Shown piece after piece: positions 29,698 to 40,865 of a stretch of 64,000 nt of DNA. Location of the stretch: contig CAWDOD010000003.1 in the NCBI GenBank assembly GCA_963803805.1, positions 544,001 through 608,000 on the forward strand, in the 5' to 3' direction. The translations under genes were made by a program, and so were the position numbers. The notes under the pieces are model-generated. The model ran no database searches. It was given only the letters and a program-made list of their open reading frames with translations, and was not told where the DNA came from. The DNA comes from an uncultured cyanobacterium. Lineage in GTDB: Bacteria; Cyanobacteriota; Cyanobacteriia; Cyanobacteriales; CAWCAG01. Every line of letters starts with the position of its first letter. The first letter of the stretch is position 1.

Positions 29698-30567
29698 ATG
29701 CTGCTCAAAGATGCCCGTGATTATCAAATTCTGTTCCTTTCTGTATTCCTTGTTTTGGGTATTGGTACTAGGGATTGGACTTTGCGTACAGATTTAATGC
29801 TAGTAACTGTTGGTAGTTGTTTAGTGACTCAGTGGCTACTAGTTTCCCTTGTTCCTTATATCCAAGGAAAAATGCAACTCCAATGGTCTTCTTCTCCTAA
29901 ATCTATCCTCACTTTACTACCAACCCTTTCTACTTTTCGTAGTGCTGCTATCACCTCATTAGGTCTTTGCTTACTGTTGCGAGGAAATAATTATCATACT
30001 ATGGCCTTGGCTGGCTGTTTAGCGATCGCCAGTAAGTTTTTGTTTCAATACAAAGCCAAGCACTTTTTCAACCCAGCTAATTTTGGCATTATCGCTGCCC
30101 TTTTATTAACCAATGATGCTTGGATATCTCCTGGACAATGGGGGACTGATTGGTGGTATTTACTGCTGTTTGCTGGTACAGGAGGAATGATTCTCAAGCG
30201 AGTTGGGCGTTGGGATACTTCTGCTGCTTTCTTCCTTAGCTACGCAGCCTTAGAAGCGGGACGTAATTTTTGGTTAGGTTTTGGTTGGGATGTACTTATA
30301 CACCAATTAATGAGCGGTTCTTTATTACTATTCGCTCTGTTTATGCTCACCGATCCTCGCTCTATTCCTAACGCTACCACGAGCCGTTTAATTTGGGCGA
30401 TCGCAATTGCCCTATTAACCTTTATTTTGCAACATCAATTTTTCGTCGAAAGTGCCATCTTCTGGGCTTTATTCGCCCTTTCTCCTGTCACCATTTTCTT
30501 AGATGAATTTTGGTTGGCCCCCAGGTTTACTTGGCAACAGGTGAAGCTTGTAGCAAGTAATAACTAA
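29698..30567 (+). CDS. RnfD/NqrB-like membrane protein
   Basis: KDARDYQI, SKF...HFFNPANFG, LFMLTDPRSIP; multiple TM helices; ATG 29698. Confidence 0.8.
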   Translation: MLLKDARDYQILFLSVFLVLGIGTRDWTLRTDLMLVTVGSCLVTQWLLVSLVPYIQGKMQLQWSSSPKSILTLLPTLSTFRSAAITSLGLCLLLRGNNYHTMALAGCLAIASKFLFQYKAKHFFNPANFGIIAALLLTNDAWISPGQWGTDWWYLLLFAGTGGMILKRVGRWDTSAAFFLSYAALEAGRNFWLGFGWDVLIHQLMSGSLLLFALFMLTDPRSIPNATTSRLIWAIAIALLTFILQHQFFVESAIFWALFALSPVTIFLDEFWLAPRFTWQQVKLVASNN

Positions 30568-30587
30568 TAAGTAATAAGTAATAAGTA
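30560..30587. repeat. STRR heptamer (TAATAAG)
   Basis: taataagtaataagtaataagta between co-oriented genes. Confidence 0.7.
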
Positions 30588-30593
30588 CGGAAA

Positions 30594-31928
30594 ATGAAAA
30601 ACTTTCGAGTAATAGCTACGTGGTTAATCGCTTGCGTCGCTACATTGGCATTAGCACAACCCGCTTGGGCCTTCTGTGGCTTTTATGTGGCTAAAGCGGA
30701 TACAGATTTATATAACCAAGCTTCTCAAGTAATTATTGCTAGAGACGGCGATCGCACAGTATTAACAATGGCGAATGACTACCAAGGTGAAGCAAAAGAT
30801 TTCGCTATGGTAGTACCGGTTCCAGTAATTTTACAGGAAGATCAAGTTAATGTTGCAGAACCAAAAATTCTCGAACGCCTTGATAATTTTAGCGCACCGC
30901 GTTTAGTAGAATATTTTGATGAAGATCCTTGTTTGATAAGGGATTATGAAGAATTTGATGGTGCAGTACTACGAAGTGAAGCCCCACCTTCACCTACGGC
31001 TAAAGCTAGAAATGAAAGCTTAGGAGTAACAATAGAATCACAGTTTAGCGTGGGAGAATATGACATTGTTATCCTCAGTGCCACTGAATCTGATGGTTTA
31101 GAAACTTGGTTGCAAGAAAATGATTATCAGATTCCCGACGGGGCAAGCAAACTTTTACAACCCTACATTCGCCAAAATCTCAAATTCTTTGTTGCCAAAG
31201 TCAACCTCCAAGAATTTGAAAAAAGTGAATTCCAATCCCTACGCCCTTTAATGATGGCTTACGAGTCCTCCAGATTTATGTTACCCATTCGCTTGGGAAC
31301 TATGAATGCGAAAGGGCCCCAGGATTTAATTGTTTATCTTCTTTCACCCAAAGGACAAACGGAATTAACCAATTACCGTCTGGTAAAGATTCCTTCTGAT
31401 ACGGAATTACCAGAATTTGTTGAAGAGGAATTTGGTGATTTTTATCAGTCCATGTTCCAAACTTCTTATGAAAGGGAAAATCAAAAGGTTGCTTTCTTAG
31501 AATACGCTTGGGATATGGCTTGGTGTGACCCTTGTGCAGCCAACCCCTTAAACCCAGAAGAATTGCGCCAAGCAGGGGTATTTTGGCTTAATCAAGGGGG
31601 AAATCCCAATTTAGGTAGTCCAGCCCAAAATGTCTTTATTACCCGTCTCCACGTCCGTTATACCAGGGATAAGTTTCCTGAAGACTTAAGGTTTGCAGAA
31701 ACCGGAAATCGAGAAAATTTCCAAGGGCGTTATGTGATTCGTCATCCCTTTACTGGAGAGATGGATTGTCCCCAGGCTAAAGAATACAAACAAGCTTTAG
31801 CACAACGTCAAGAAAAAGAAGTGCAAACCCTCGCTAAGTTAACTAAGTGGGATATTGCCGAGATTCGCAAGAAAGCAGACATCAAAGTAAATAATCCCAC
31901 TCCTTGGTGGCAGAATATTTTCCGTTAA
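30594..31928 (+). CDS. DUF2330 family secreted protein
   Basis: Signal peptide AWA|FCGFYVAKAD, APRLVEY, VGEYDI, WCDPC, FITRLH, FQGRY. Confidence 0.85.
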   Translation: MKNFRVIATWLIACVATLALAQPAWAFCGFYVAKADTDLYNQASQVIIARDGDRTVLTMANDYQGEAKDFAMVVPVPVILQEDQVNVAEPKILERLDNFSAPRLVEYFDEDPCLIRDYEEFDGAVLRSEAPPSPTAKARNESLGVTIESQFSVGEYDIVILSATESDGLETWLQENDYQIPDGASKLLQPYIRQNLKFFVAKVNLQEFEKSEFQSLRPLMMAYESSRFMLPIRLGTMNAKGPQDLIVYLLSPKGQTELTNYRLVKIPSDTELPEFVEEEFGDFYQSMFQTSYERENQKVAFLEYAWDMAWCDPCAANPLNPEELRQAGVFWLNQGGNPNLGSPAQNVFITRLHVRYTRDKFPEDLRFAETGNRENFQGRYVIRHPFTGEMDCPQAKEYKQALAQRQEKEVQTLAKLTKWDIAEIRKKADIKVNNPTPWWQNIFR

Positions 31929-32008
31929 GCCAAATTCGTTACAATACAATCTATCTAATCGGTCTTGTTCTTAAAGCAAGGCCGTTCCTTTTTTTTGAGT
32001 TATTTATA

Positions 32009-32578
32009 ATGACTGAAAATATATCCCCTAACCCTAGCAAGAATCGCCTCAGAAATATCTTAATAGGCGGTGCTGCTATCTTTTTGAGCGTAGCCCTCTT
32101 TTTTGGTCTGCAAACCCAATCTGGTTCTACCTCTTTGGAAGCACAAGCCCAAAAATCTATTCCCTTAGAATTAGCAATCAATAACCCCAACCCTACTTTA
32201 ATGGAATTTTATGCCAATTGGTGTACAAGCTGCCAAGCTATGGCGAAAGATTTAGCTCAATTAAAACAGCAATATGGGCAGGAAGTTAACTTTGTCATGC
32301 TCAATGTCGATAATACCAAGTGGTTGCCGGAAATCTTAAACTACCAAGTAGATGGCATTCCCCACTTTGTCTTTCTTAATCAAGAAGGCCAAACTGTGGC
32401 TGAAACCATTGGGGAACAGCCATTTTCTGTCCTTGAAGCTGATTTAAAAGCTTTAATTGCTAGCCGTCCCTTACCCCATACCTATAGTTCAGGACCTGTT
32501 TCTGATTTCGATGCCCCTCTATCAACTGCCAATAATAAGCAAGTAGCCCCCCGTACCCATAGTAGTCAGGTTAAATAA
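32009..32578 (+). CDS. txlA: Membrane-anchored thioredoxin-like protein TxlA
   Basis: N-terminal TM helix, EFYANWCTSC, VDGIPHF; ATG 32009. Confidence 0.85.
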   Translation: MTENISPNPSKNRLRNILIGGAAIFLSVALFFGLQTQSGSTSLEAQAQKSIPLELAINNPNPTLMEFYANWCTSCQAMAKDLAQLKQQYGQEVNFVMLNVDNTKWLPEILNYQVDGIPHFVFLNQEGQTVAETIGEQPFSVLEADLKALIASRPLPHTYSSGPVSDFDAPLSTANNKQVAPRTHSSQVK

Positions 32579-32797
32579 AACTAATGCACAATATCCAAAA
32601 TTTTTTTTATTAAAGACATAATGGTAGGGATTACCGTACCTTACTACCCAAAACCCTTGCCAAAACCTATCTACTTGCGCTAAGTATTATAGAGGTACTT
32701 CTCAACTCGTAAAAAGCTCGATTCATTACTAAAGTCGTCTGAGTTGGGGGGGCTTTTGTCAAGAGTTTATGTAAAGGATTTCAAATAAATTTAGCGT

Positions 32798-33016
32798 ATG
32801 AGTAGTAAAGTAGCTCACCCTATGGTGAAGTTGCAGCACAAACTGCTTTCCCTTGTGGATTCAAAAGTCCTCAAGCCCAGTGATAAAATCTGGAAAGTCG
32901 CTTTTCTGTATGGCGACAAATGGGAATATTGGAAAAAAGAGCTGCAAGACTTTGGTTTCAGTACTCAAGACCCCATTAGCGAAGTGCTAGTGGTGGAGGC
33001 TTGGGACGAAGACTAA
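32798..33016 (+). CDS. DUF4327 family protein
   Basis: HPMVKLQ...SLVDS...PSDKIWK...W.YWK.EL..F.F...DPI. Confidence 0.78.
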   Translation: MSSKVAHPMVKLQHKLLSLVDSKVLKPSDKIWKVAFLYGDKWEYWKKELQDFGFSTQDPISEVLVVEAWDED

Positions 33017-33032
33017 AGGAGGTTGCCAAATC

Positions 33033-34253
33033 TCAAATACATTGAGCTAAAGCTTCAGCTAACTCTTTAGCTGTTTGATAGCGCTCACTCAGTTTGCGTT
33101 CACAAGTTTTTTTGATGACGCGGCTAAGTACAGGCGTAATAGTTGGGATATTTTTTAAATCAAATCCATAGCTATTACCCAAATCTCGATAGTATTTGAG
33201 AGGAGCTTCTCCTGTTAGTAAAAAGATAAGAGTAGGACCGATAGCATATAAATCTGACTGAGGACAAGGTTTACCTCTATCTTGTTCTGGTGAGCTATAA
33301 CCTTCTGCACCAATGCGAGTTCCTGAAGGAGTGCCAATCTCTTTGACAGCGCCAAAATCCAACAACACGATGCTCCCGTCAAGGTTACGGGCCATCAAGT
33401 TGGCAGGTTTCACATCTCTGTGGACTAAAGGTGGTTGAAGAGAGTGGAGGTAGCCAAGAATATCGCAAGTTTGTATCATCCATTCAATTGCCTGTTGTGG
33501 TGCGACAGGGCCTGTTTTATAGATGCGTTCCTCTAAATTCTGGCCGTGAATTAGCTCCATGGCTAAATATTTTTTCCCTTTTTCCACAAAAAAGTTGTAA
33601 TAATTGGGAATTCCCGGATGATCTAAGGTTTTGAGAATACGAGCCTCCCTTTCAAAAAGTTCTTGGGCTTTGGCGATCGCTGCCATATCCGCATTCATTT
33701 CCTTAAGAACCAATAAATGGGGAGAATCACTCTTCTGACTATGTTGATCCCAAGCCAGGTAAGTTGTTCCCATCCCTCCCTTTCCTAAAGTACGAAGAAT
33801 TTGATAGTGGCGGATAAATTGCTCTTTCTCCACCAAAGGATAGCCGCAGTGAATGCAAAATAAATGCTTCGGTGGTTTTGGCAAATTGCGGCAAGGCTGG
33901 TGGGTTAAAGGGCAGTTAGGGAAGGCTGAACCAGTCTTTTTCCGAGCAGATTGAATTTGAAATCTAAATATAGGCCCTTTTTTAGCTAACTGGATAATCG
34001 AACCATTAGTAAGTAATCCTTGAGTTGTCAGAATACCATTAAGGAAAGTGCCATTAGTACCTTTACTAAGTAACTGCCAAGAAGAATTATCAATTTTCTT
34101 CAACTCTAAGTGATAGCGTGATATCTCTGGATAATCTTCCAGAATGATGTGATTATCCCCAGCTCTACCAATACGAATAATTGCTTGTTGGGGGAAGTTC
34201 CATTGTTGTATGGCAGTATGGCCTTGGGATTTTAATAAAGTCAGGATGACCAT
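33033..34253 (-). CDS. FHA-domain Ser/Thr protein kinase
   Basis: IGRAGDN/SRYH/GTNGT FHA motifs; GKGGMG, HRDVKPAN, DFG. Confidence 0.93.
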   Translation of the reverse strand: MVILTLLKSQGHTAIQQWNFPQQAIIRIGRAGDNHIILEDYPEISRYHLELKKIDNSSWQLLSKGTNGTFLNGILTTQGLLTNGSIIQLAKKGPIFRFQIQSARKKTGSAFPNCPLTHQPCRNLPKPPKHLFCIHCGYPLVEKEQFIRHYQILRTLGKGGMGTTYLAWDQHSQKSDSPHLLVLKEMNADMAAIAKAQELFEREARILKTLDHPGIPNYYNFFVEKGKKYLAMELIHGQNLEERIYKTGPVAPQQAIEWMIQTCDILGYLHSLQPPLVHRDVKPANLMARNLDGSIVLLDFGAVKEIGTPSGTRIGAEGYSSPEQDRGKPCPQSDLYAIGPTLIFLLTGEAPLKYYRDLGNSYGFDLKNIPTITPVLSRVIKKTCERKLSERYQTAKELAEALAQCI

Positions 34254-34496
34254 AGGATAACTAATAACATCCTACCTGATACCATTTATCATTTATCATT
34301 GAACATTTACCATTTGTTATTAACAACAGTATTTGTTGCCTGTAAGCTAAATTTATCCAGTCTTATAACAAATACTACTGGCAAAACTTATCTTAATTAA
34401 GTCTCCGCTAAACGGGTGGGAATTAGTATGAAATAGAAATTGATTTAGCTTGTCACTTTTGCCCTAGGCTACCACCACAGGCTAGTGGTAACAGAA

Positions 34497-36590
34497 TCAA
34501 ATCTGGGGAATACCTAGAGATTGTTGGTTAGGGCGGACTTTTAACCGTACTAAGATGGCTGTTATATTATCATGACCATTTTGGCGATTAGCAAATTCTA
34601 TTAGTTTATTTAAACCTTGTTCTAGGTTGGCACTGGAACTCATCAGAGGATGGAGGTAGGTTTGAGAGTTGGTTTCTAGTAAATTGCCATCAGACAAGCC
34701 ATCAGAACAAAGGACTAACATCGTATCTTCATTGACCTCCATAGAATAAATATCAGGATTGATAAAATTGTTGTTGCGGGGTCCTAGTGCCTGAGTCAAT
34801 TGGTAAGCATCTGCACGAGCATAGGCAACTGTTGGCTCTACACCACGCTGAATTTCCCTTTGTCCTACCTCATGGTCTACAGTAAGTTGTTCTAAACCTC
34901 GTTTGCGAGTATAGCCATAAACTCGACTATCCCCCACATGGGCAACCAAAACATTAGTATCTTGTACCAAAATCATCACTAAAGTTGTTCCCATACGCCC
35001 GCTTCCTGAACGAGCATTTTGTTGATTAACATCGTAAATTGCTTGGTTTGCAGCTAAAATTCCTTCTCGGATAATTTCTTTACTGGGCAACTCATCTTTC
35101 CAATGGAGTTGAAAGTAACGCTGTAAGTTTTCGACTGCCATGGCGCTAGCAACTTCCCCAGCCGCATGACCCCCCATACCATCACAAACAATATATAAAC
35201 CCCGACCCTGAACATTTTTCCCCAAAGCGCTTTCTTGCTTTTTAATCTTAGTTTGAATGCCAAAATAGTCCTCATTATGCTGACGCTGACGGCCAATATC
35301 TGTACATCCAGCATCAGTTAAGCTAAGTAGTTGCATAGGTAAGACGACGGTAGGTAAGTCATCCCCTTCACCGCTAGCATAACTTTTTTCACTTTCGTAT
35401 TCGCTCAGAGTTTCTTCTTTCAGTTCGCTTTCTTCGTCTGTGACAACTTCAGCAATCTCTTCTTCTGTCCGTTGCTGTTCTTGGGCTAGTTTTTGTAAGC
35501 GAGAACGTAAATCTTCTACTGAGACAATTTTTTCTCTGTTTAGTTCATCTAATAATTGTATCAAGGGGCCATACTGAGTCCGTTGAGACTGGTTAAACAA
35601 AAGCTGCCAGACTAGGGCTAAATCCTTAAGCTTAAATTCTTGGTTTTTGGGAGTAGGATATAACTGTTGCAAGCACAACGCTTGATCCTCATCTAAGCGC
35701 AAATTATCTTCTTCCAAAAGGCTTTGAGTGCAACCTAGCTTCTCTAAAGCAACCCAAAGTTTAGTCATTTCATCAAGCCAATAGAGAATTTGTAGAGTTC
35801 CGACCTCTTCTTGGCCCCATAGAGTAGATAGGTACTCCCACTCAGAACGATCTTCTAGTAAAACGATGGATTGCTCTCCTTGCTGCCAAGCATCATAAAC
35901 TTGGGGTACTAAGTTGGCAAAGGAGTCTTGTAAAACTAAGTAAGGTTCAACAAGATTTTTCAAATCTTCTGAGTCAGGGAATAAGTACTCTTGGGTTTTT
36001 TGCTCCTCTGGAGCAAAAATGTTACCCTGTTGTTCAATAAGTACTTCTACAAAAGACTTGTGCAAGGGGTGGCGGTCTAGTACACGGAAGCAAGATAACT
36101 TAAGATCAGAGGTACTTTCCCCCCATTCAATGACAGGCGAAATTTGTTGATATCTTTGCTGTAGGTCTAGGTATATATCTGCTTCCTCTGAGGGAACATC
36201 ATTGGCTACGGCAATTTGAGTTAAGGGTTTTTGGGGTTCTGATGTAGGTGAATCTGGTGCGTATTCTATTTTTAATTCTTGTTGAGATGGTGATGTGGGC
36301 TTAGGTGCTAATACTTCTGTTATCTCTTCGTCTACCCCGCCCTCTGAGGCTGAGGGTTCTAAAACCTCAGCATCTGGTTGAGTAGTTTCATCTTCTGTAA
36401 TGGCCGGTTGGCTTACAACTGCCCAACGGATAATACCAGTAACAGCACCACAATTCTGACAACTTTTAGCACTCCAATCCACGCTCGCACCGCACTCCGG
36501 ACATTTCTGATGAGTTAGAGAAGCTCCACATTGCTGACAAAACTTGTTGGTATCGGGATTTTCAAATTCGCACTGAGGGCAAACAAGCAT
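34497..36590 (-). CDS. PP2C Ser/Thr phosphatase with N-terminal double zinc ribbon
   Basis: Four CxxC; RQHNED, VCDGMGGH, HVGDSR, CSDGL, GHDNIT. Confidence 0.92.
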   Translation of the reverse strand: MLVCPQCEFENPDTNKFCQQCGASLTHQKCPECGASVDWSAKSCQNCGAVTGIIRWAVVSQPAITEDETTQPDAEVLEPSASEGGVDEEITEVLAPKPTSPSQQELKIEYAPDSPTSEPQKPLTQIAVANDVPSEEADIYLDLQQRYQQISPVIEWGESTSDLKLSCFRVLDRHPLHKSFVEVLIEQQGNIFAPEEQKTQEYLFPDSEDLKNLVEPYLVLQDSFANLVPQVYDAWQQGEQSIVLLEDRSEWEYLSTLWGQEEVGTLQILYWLDEMTKLWVALEKLGCTQSLLEEDNLRLDEDQALCLQQLYPTPKNQEFKLKDLALVWQLLFNQSQRTQYGPLIQLLDELNREKIVSVEDLRSRLQKLAQEQQRTEEEIAEVVTDEESELKEETLSEYESEKSYASGEGDDLPTVVLPMQLLSLTDAGCTDIGRQRQHNEDYFGIQTKIKKQESALGKNVQGRGLYIVCDGMGGHAAGEVASAMAVENLQRYFQLHWKDELPSKEIIREGILAANQAIYDVNQQNARSGSGRMGTTLVMILVQDTNVLVAHVGDSRVYGYTRKRGLEQLTVDHEVGQREIQRGVEPTVAYARADAYQLTQALGPRNNNFINPDIYSMEVNEDTMLVLCSDGLSDGNLLETNSQTYLHPLMSSSANLEQGLNKLIEFANRQNGHDNITAILVRLKVRPNQQSLGIPQI

Positions 36591-36765
36591 AGGGAACTTC
36601 CTTAACTGCCAATACTGTTAGGGGTAGAAACGGCAATAGGCGAGTAAATTACTTCGCTACCATTTCTACATCATATCTTGGAAAGAAGAGGGCAACATCG
36701 TACTAAAGCCCTACCTCTACTGCTAGATAATTTAACTGATTTAGTGGATAAGAAAAGAGAAATTT

Positions 36766-37377
36766 TTAAAGTTTTTCTAAATCTGTTTGTTCTTGAGAGG
36801 TTAAATGCCTCCACTGGCCTGGCTTTAATCCTTCTAGGTTGATTTGTCTTACCTTTTGGTCTTGACCTATAGTTAGAGATACTCTGACTAATCTTAAGGT
36901 AGGAAAACCTACGGCTGCTGTCATTCTTCTTACTTGACGATTACGCCCTTCAGTTAAAGTAATTTCTAACCAACAGGTGGGTATATTTTTACGGTAACGG
37001 ATAGGAGGGTGGCGTGGTGGTAAAGATGGTGCTTTTATTAGTTGCCTTACTTTAGCTTCGCGAGTAAGATAATTTTTGATCTTTACTCCTTGGGAAAGCT
37101 TTTGTAGAGCCTCAAGAGTGGGAATGCGTTCTACTTGTACCCAATAAGTGCGGAGATGTTTGAATTTGCGGTGAGATACCTTATGCTGTACGTTTCCATT
37201 ATTGGTGAGGAGTAGCAATCCTTCACTATCTAAGTCTAATCTACCTACAGGATAAACAGAGGGTAAGGAAATGTAGTCCTTGAGAGTAGGATGTTCTTGT
37301 CGGCTACTGCTATCTGTAAACTGACATAAAACTCCATAGGGTTTGTAGAACACAATATAATCAAACACAAGTAGCAC
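36766..37377 (-). CDS. rRNA pseudouridine synthase (RluE-like)
   Basis: [34 protein letters not shown]. Confidence 0.9.
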   Translation of the reverse strand: MLLVFDYIVFYKPYGVLCQFTDSSSRQEHPTLKDYISLPSVYPVGRLDLDSEGLLLLTNNGNVQHKVSHRKFKHLRTYWVQVERIPTLEALQKLSQGVKIKNYLTREAKVRQLIKAPSLPPRHPPIRYRKNIPTCWLEITLTEGRNRQVRRMTAAVGFPTLRLVRVSLTIGQDQKVRQINLEGLKPGQWRHLTSQEQTDLEKL

Positions 37378-37456
37378 AGTTGAGGTACTAGATCACAGAC
37401 TTATTACCTAGAATATGTATTAGTTTCTTAGTAATAGTTAATTTAGTACTAGTTGT

Positions 37457-38416
37457 ATGGTGGACTTAACAGTAGCAATTTGCACATACAATGGGGCAAA
37501 CCTAATACATGAGATTTTAGATCAACTGCGATCACAGGTGCAAACAGAAACCATAGATTGGGAAGTTATTGTTATCGATAATAATAGCAGTGACAGTACA
37601 GCCCAGGTAATTAAAAATTATCAAAAAAGTTGGTCTTGCGTTTATCCTTTACGCTATTGCTTTGCACCGGAGCAAGGACTATCTTTTGCTCGCAGATGTG
37701 CTATCAAAGAAGCCAAAGGAGCTATAGTTGCTTTTCTAGATGATGATAACTTACCTGCTTCTGATTGGGTAGCTCAAGTTGCTTTGTTTGGGCAAAAACA
37801 TCCCCAAGCCGGGGCTTATGGGGGACAAATTCATCCTCTGTTTGAAGTTGAACCTCCAGTGGGTTTTGAAAGAATTGCTCGTTTTTTCGCTCTATTTGAA
37901 AGCAAAGAGACTTTTTGTTACAACCAGAAGTATAAATCAAAATACAAAAGAATGTTTCCTCCTGGTGCTGGCATAGTTTTTCGTAAACAGGCTTGGTTAG
38001 ACAGTGTACCACAACGTCCTGTTTTAAAAGGTGTAGCTGGGGAGTCGTTGTTGTTTAAAGGAGAAGACTTAGAAACATTATCTTATATTAGAAATGCTGG
38101 TTGGGAATTATGGTTCAATGCCGAGATGCACATTAACCATAAAATTCCTAAAACAAGGTTAGAAAGAACTTACTTGATGCGTTTTTTTAAAGGGGTAGGA
38201 ACAAGTAGACATAAAATTAGGATGATGAAGTACAAAGGTTGGCAAAAGCCTTTAATAACTCCTTTATATATGGCTAACGATCTTAGGAAAACCTTTAGCT
38301 ATTTTTTGAAAAATCGCAGTCTTCTTGATAAAGATGTTGTTATTGCAGCAGAGATGCGTTATTTGGTTAGTAGTTTTTTATCTCCTTTTTACAACATTTT
38401 AATTTATATGAAGTAA
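37457..38416 (+). CDS. hpsE: GT2 glycosyltransferase, HpsE-like
   Basis: VAICTYNGA, IDNNSSD, QGLSFAR, FLDDDN, PPGAG, GEDLE, HKIP. Confidence 0.75.
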   Translation: MVDLTVAICTYNGANLIHEILDQLRSQVQTETIDWEVIVIDNNSSDSTAQVIKNYQKSWSCVYPLRYCFAPEQGLSFARRCAIKEAKGAIVAFLDDDNLPASDWVAQVALFGQKHPQAGAYGGQIHPLFEVEPPVGFERIARFFALFESKETFCYNQKYKSKYKRMFPPGAGIVFRKQAWLDSVPQRPVLKGVAGESLLFKGEDLETLSYIRNAGWELWFNAEMHINHKIPKTRLERTYLMRFFKGVGTSRHKIRMMKYKGWQKPLITPLYMANDLRKTFSYFLKNRSLLDKDVVIAAEMRYLVSSFLSPFYNILIYMK

Positions 38417-38476
38417 ATTTAGTTATATTGGCATAGTCCCCTAACTGAAACTATTCTTTAGTTTCTCAACTACATC

Positions 38477-39565
38477 TTGTCTATTTATCCAGGGTTGCAA
38501 CAACCAGTGATTGAAATTTTAGAGAAAATCAGGGTGTCTGATTTACAAAGAAAGGATACGCACATTATCGCTCTTGAACCGCAAAGTTACTTATGTTTTT
38601 TGGTCGTTAGAAATGAAATGCTACGACTACCATTTATTCTCAAATACTATCGAGAAAAAGGAATCACCGATTTTTTTATAGTTGATAATGATTCCCAAGA
38701 CAATACTTTAGCTTACCTATTACTACAACCGGATGTTTATGTTTGGCATACTTCTCAACATTTTTCTAAGAAGTTAGACTGGCTTAGTTGTTTACTGCAA
38801 ATCTATGCTCTAGGCCATTGGAGTTTAATTATTGATGCTGATGAAATTTTATATTATCCAGATTGTGAGGAGCAAAGTATTCCTCAACTATGCAATCATT
38901 TAGATAAGCAAGGTAAAAATGCTTTACAAGTTATTATGTTAGATTTGTATAGTGATAAGTCTATTAAAGCTACCAATTATCAACAAGGTGAAGACTTTTT
39001 AGCAAGTTGCTCTTTTTTTGATCGACAGTTTTTTCATCATCGAGAAGGAATTAGTCATGATTATTACTGGGGGGGATTGAGGCAAAGAGTTTTTGGTACT
39101 TCTAATCAACAGGAGAAAAAGCTTTATTGTTTAACTAAGTTTCCTTTGCTTAAATACAACTCCATAATGCAGTTATATTCGAGTCATTTGGTTAAAAATA
39201 TCAAGATTTCTTCTACTACTGGTTGTTTACTACACTTTAAATATTTCTCTTCTTTTATTGATTATGTACAAGAAGAAATCAAAAGAGAACAACATTGGCA
39301 AGGAGCTAGTGAATACAAAAAGTATGCCAATATTATAGGTGAGCAAGAAAACTTTACTTTATATGATTCAGTAGAGTCAATAAAACTAAAAAGTAGTCAG
39401 CAACTAATTGATTTAGGGATAATAAAACGTGGTTTTTCTACTGAAAATATGCCTAGATTTTTAGTCGTTTGCTTAGAATTGGGATTTGATTTAATCAAGA
39501 AAATGACTAATTTGGTTTATCATAAATTACTAAAAAAGAGTTTTCCTAAACTGGTTTTTCATTAA
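38477..39565 (+). CDS. GT2 glycosyltransferase
   Basis: VRNE, VDNDSQD, IDADE, LLHFKY. Confidence 0.82.
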   Translation: MSIYPGLQQPVIEILEKIRVSDLQRKDTHIIALEPQSYLCFLVVRNEMLRLPFILKYYREKGITDFFIVDNDSQDNTLAYLLLQPDVYVWHTSQHFSKKLDWLSCLLQIYALGHWSLIIDADEILYYPDCEEQSIPQLCNHLDKQGKNALQVIMLDLYSDKSIKATNYQQGEDFLASCSFFDRQFFHHREGISHDYYWGGLRQRVFGTSNQQEKKLYCLTKFPLLKYNSIMQLYSSHLVKNIKISSTTGCLLHFKYFSSFIDYVQEEIKREQHWQGASEYKKYANIIGEQENFTLYDSVESIKLKSSQQLIDLGIIKRGFSTENMPRFLVVCLELGFDLIKKMTNLVYHKLLKKSFPKLVFH

Positions 39566-40758
39566 CCAAGAGATACTAAACGATCGCCCTTACTCCATTC
39601 TTCACTAACAGCAAGGACTGCCTTTCTAGCCCAAAAATCTGCTTCAACAATTTCCTCTAAACTAGGAGTAGAATTATTGAGAGTAGAAGCACGATCGCAG
39701 GCAGTTTCAATTAAGCGAGGAATATCTAAAAACTGAATCTTTTCCTCTAAAAATAGGGCTACAGCCTGTTCATTAGCGGCATTTAAAACGGCTGGCATCA
39801 AGCCTCCTGCCCTTCCCGCAGCATAGGCAAGTTGCATACAGGGATATTTATCGTGATCTGGTTCTTTAAATGTTAAACTACCAGCTTTGACTAAATCTAA
39901 CTGTTCCCAATTAGTATAAATGCGCTGGGGCCAAGATAAGGCATATAATAACGGTAGGCGCATATCAGGCCAGCCTAACTGAGCTAACACGGAAGTATCT
40001 TGCAGTTCAATTAAGGAATGAATAATACTTTGGGGATGGATGACAATATCTATATCATCGTAATCCACATTAAAGAGGAAATGGGCTTCAATTACCTCTA
40101 AACCTTTATTCATTAAGGTGGCAGAGTCGATGGTTATTTTTTGACCCATAGACCAATTAGGATGTTTTAAAGCGTCAGCAACGGTTACTTGAGACAATTT
40201 TTCTACAGGCCAGTCGCGGAAAGAGCCTCCGGAGGCAGTTAAAATAATTCTACGCAAGCCATCATCTGGTACTCCTTGGAGGCATTGAAAGATGGCGGAG
40301 TGTTCTGAATCCGCCGGTAAGATGCGGTTTTTATATTTAGAAATGAGAGGTAGAACTATTGGTGCGCCAGCGATTAAGGTTTCTTTATTAGCTAAAGCTA
40401 TATCCTTTCCTGCTTCAATAGCAGCAATGGTAGGCATCAAACCCGCACAACCCACAATTCCTGTCACCACGGCTTCAGCATCACCATAACGGGCAACTTC
40501 AGCAACTCCTTCTTCTCCTACTAAGGTGATGGGAGGATCTTCTAATTTAGCGACAATTTCTTTGAGTTGAGGATATTTATTTTCATCGCAAATAGCGACA
40601 ATTTCTGGTTTATATTTACAAATTTGTTCTGCTAGCAGAGTAATATTACTCCTGGCTGTTAAACCAACAACTCGAAATTGTTCGGGATATTGCGCTACTA
40701 TATCAAGAGTTTGCGTACCAATAGAGCCAGTAGAGCCAAGAATAGATATAGGTTTCAC
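39562..40758 (-). CDS. dxr: 1-deoxy-D-xylulose-5-phosphate reductoisomerase
   Basis: [36 protein letters not shown]. Confidence 0.97.
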   Translation of the reverse strand: MKPISILGSTGSIGTQTLDIVAQYPEQFRVVGLTARSNITLLAEQICKYKPEIVAICDENKYPQLKEIVAKLEDPPITLVGEEGVAEVARYGDAEAVVTGIVGCAGLMPTIAAIEAGKDIALANKETLIAGAPIVLPLISKYKNRILPADSEHSAIFQCLQGVPDDGLRRIILTASGGSFRDWPVEKLSQVTVADALKHPNWSMGQKITIDSATLMNKGLEVIEAHFLFNVDYDDIDIVIHPQSIIHSLIELQDTSVLAQLGWPDMRLPLLYALSWPQRIYTNWEQLDLVKAGSLTFKEPDHDKYPCMQLAYAAGRAGGLMPAVLNAANEQAVALFLEEKIQFLDIPRLIETACDRASTLNNSTPSLEEIVEADFWARKAVLAVSEEWSKGDRLVSLG

Positions 40759-40865
40759 GGTAATAGATGTAATTTATGAATTAGTTAATTAAAACCTATC
40801 ATAAGCTGTCATGCTTGGAAATTGTTTATTGAGACGAGACAATAAATGATCACTTAATTGCCTAA

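Noticed and set aside
37457-39565. Glycosyltransferase pair as a novel island
   Set aside because: Somewhat AT-rich, but ordinary GT2 genes with no mobility signals.
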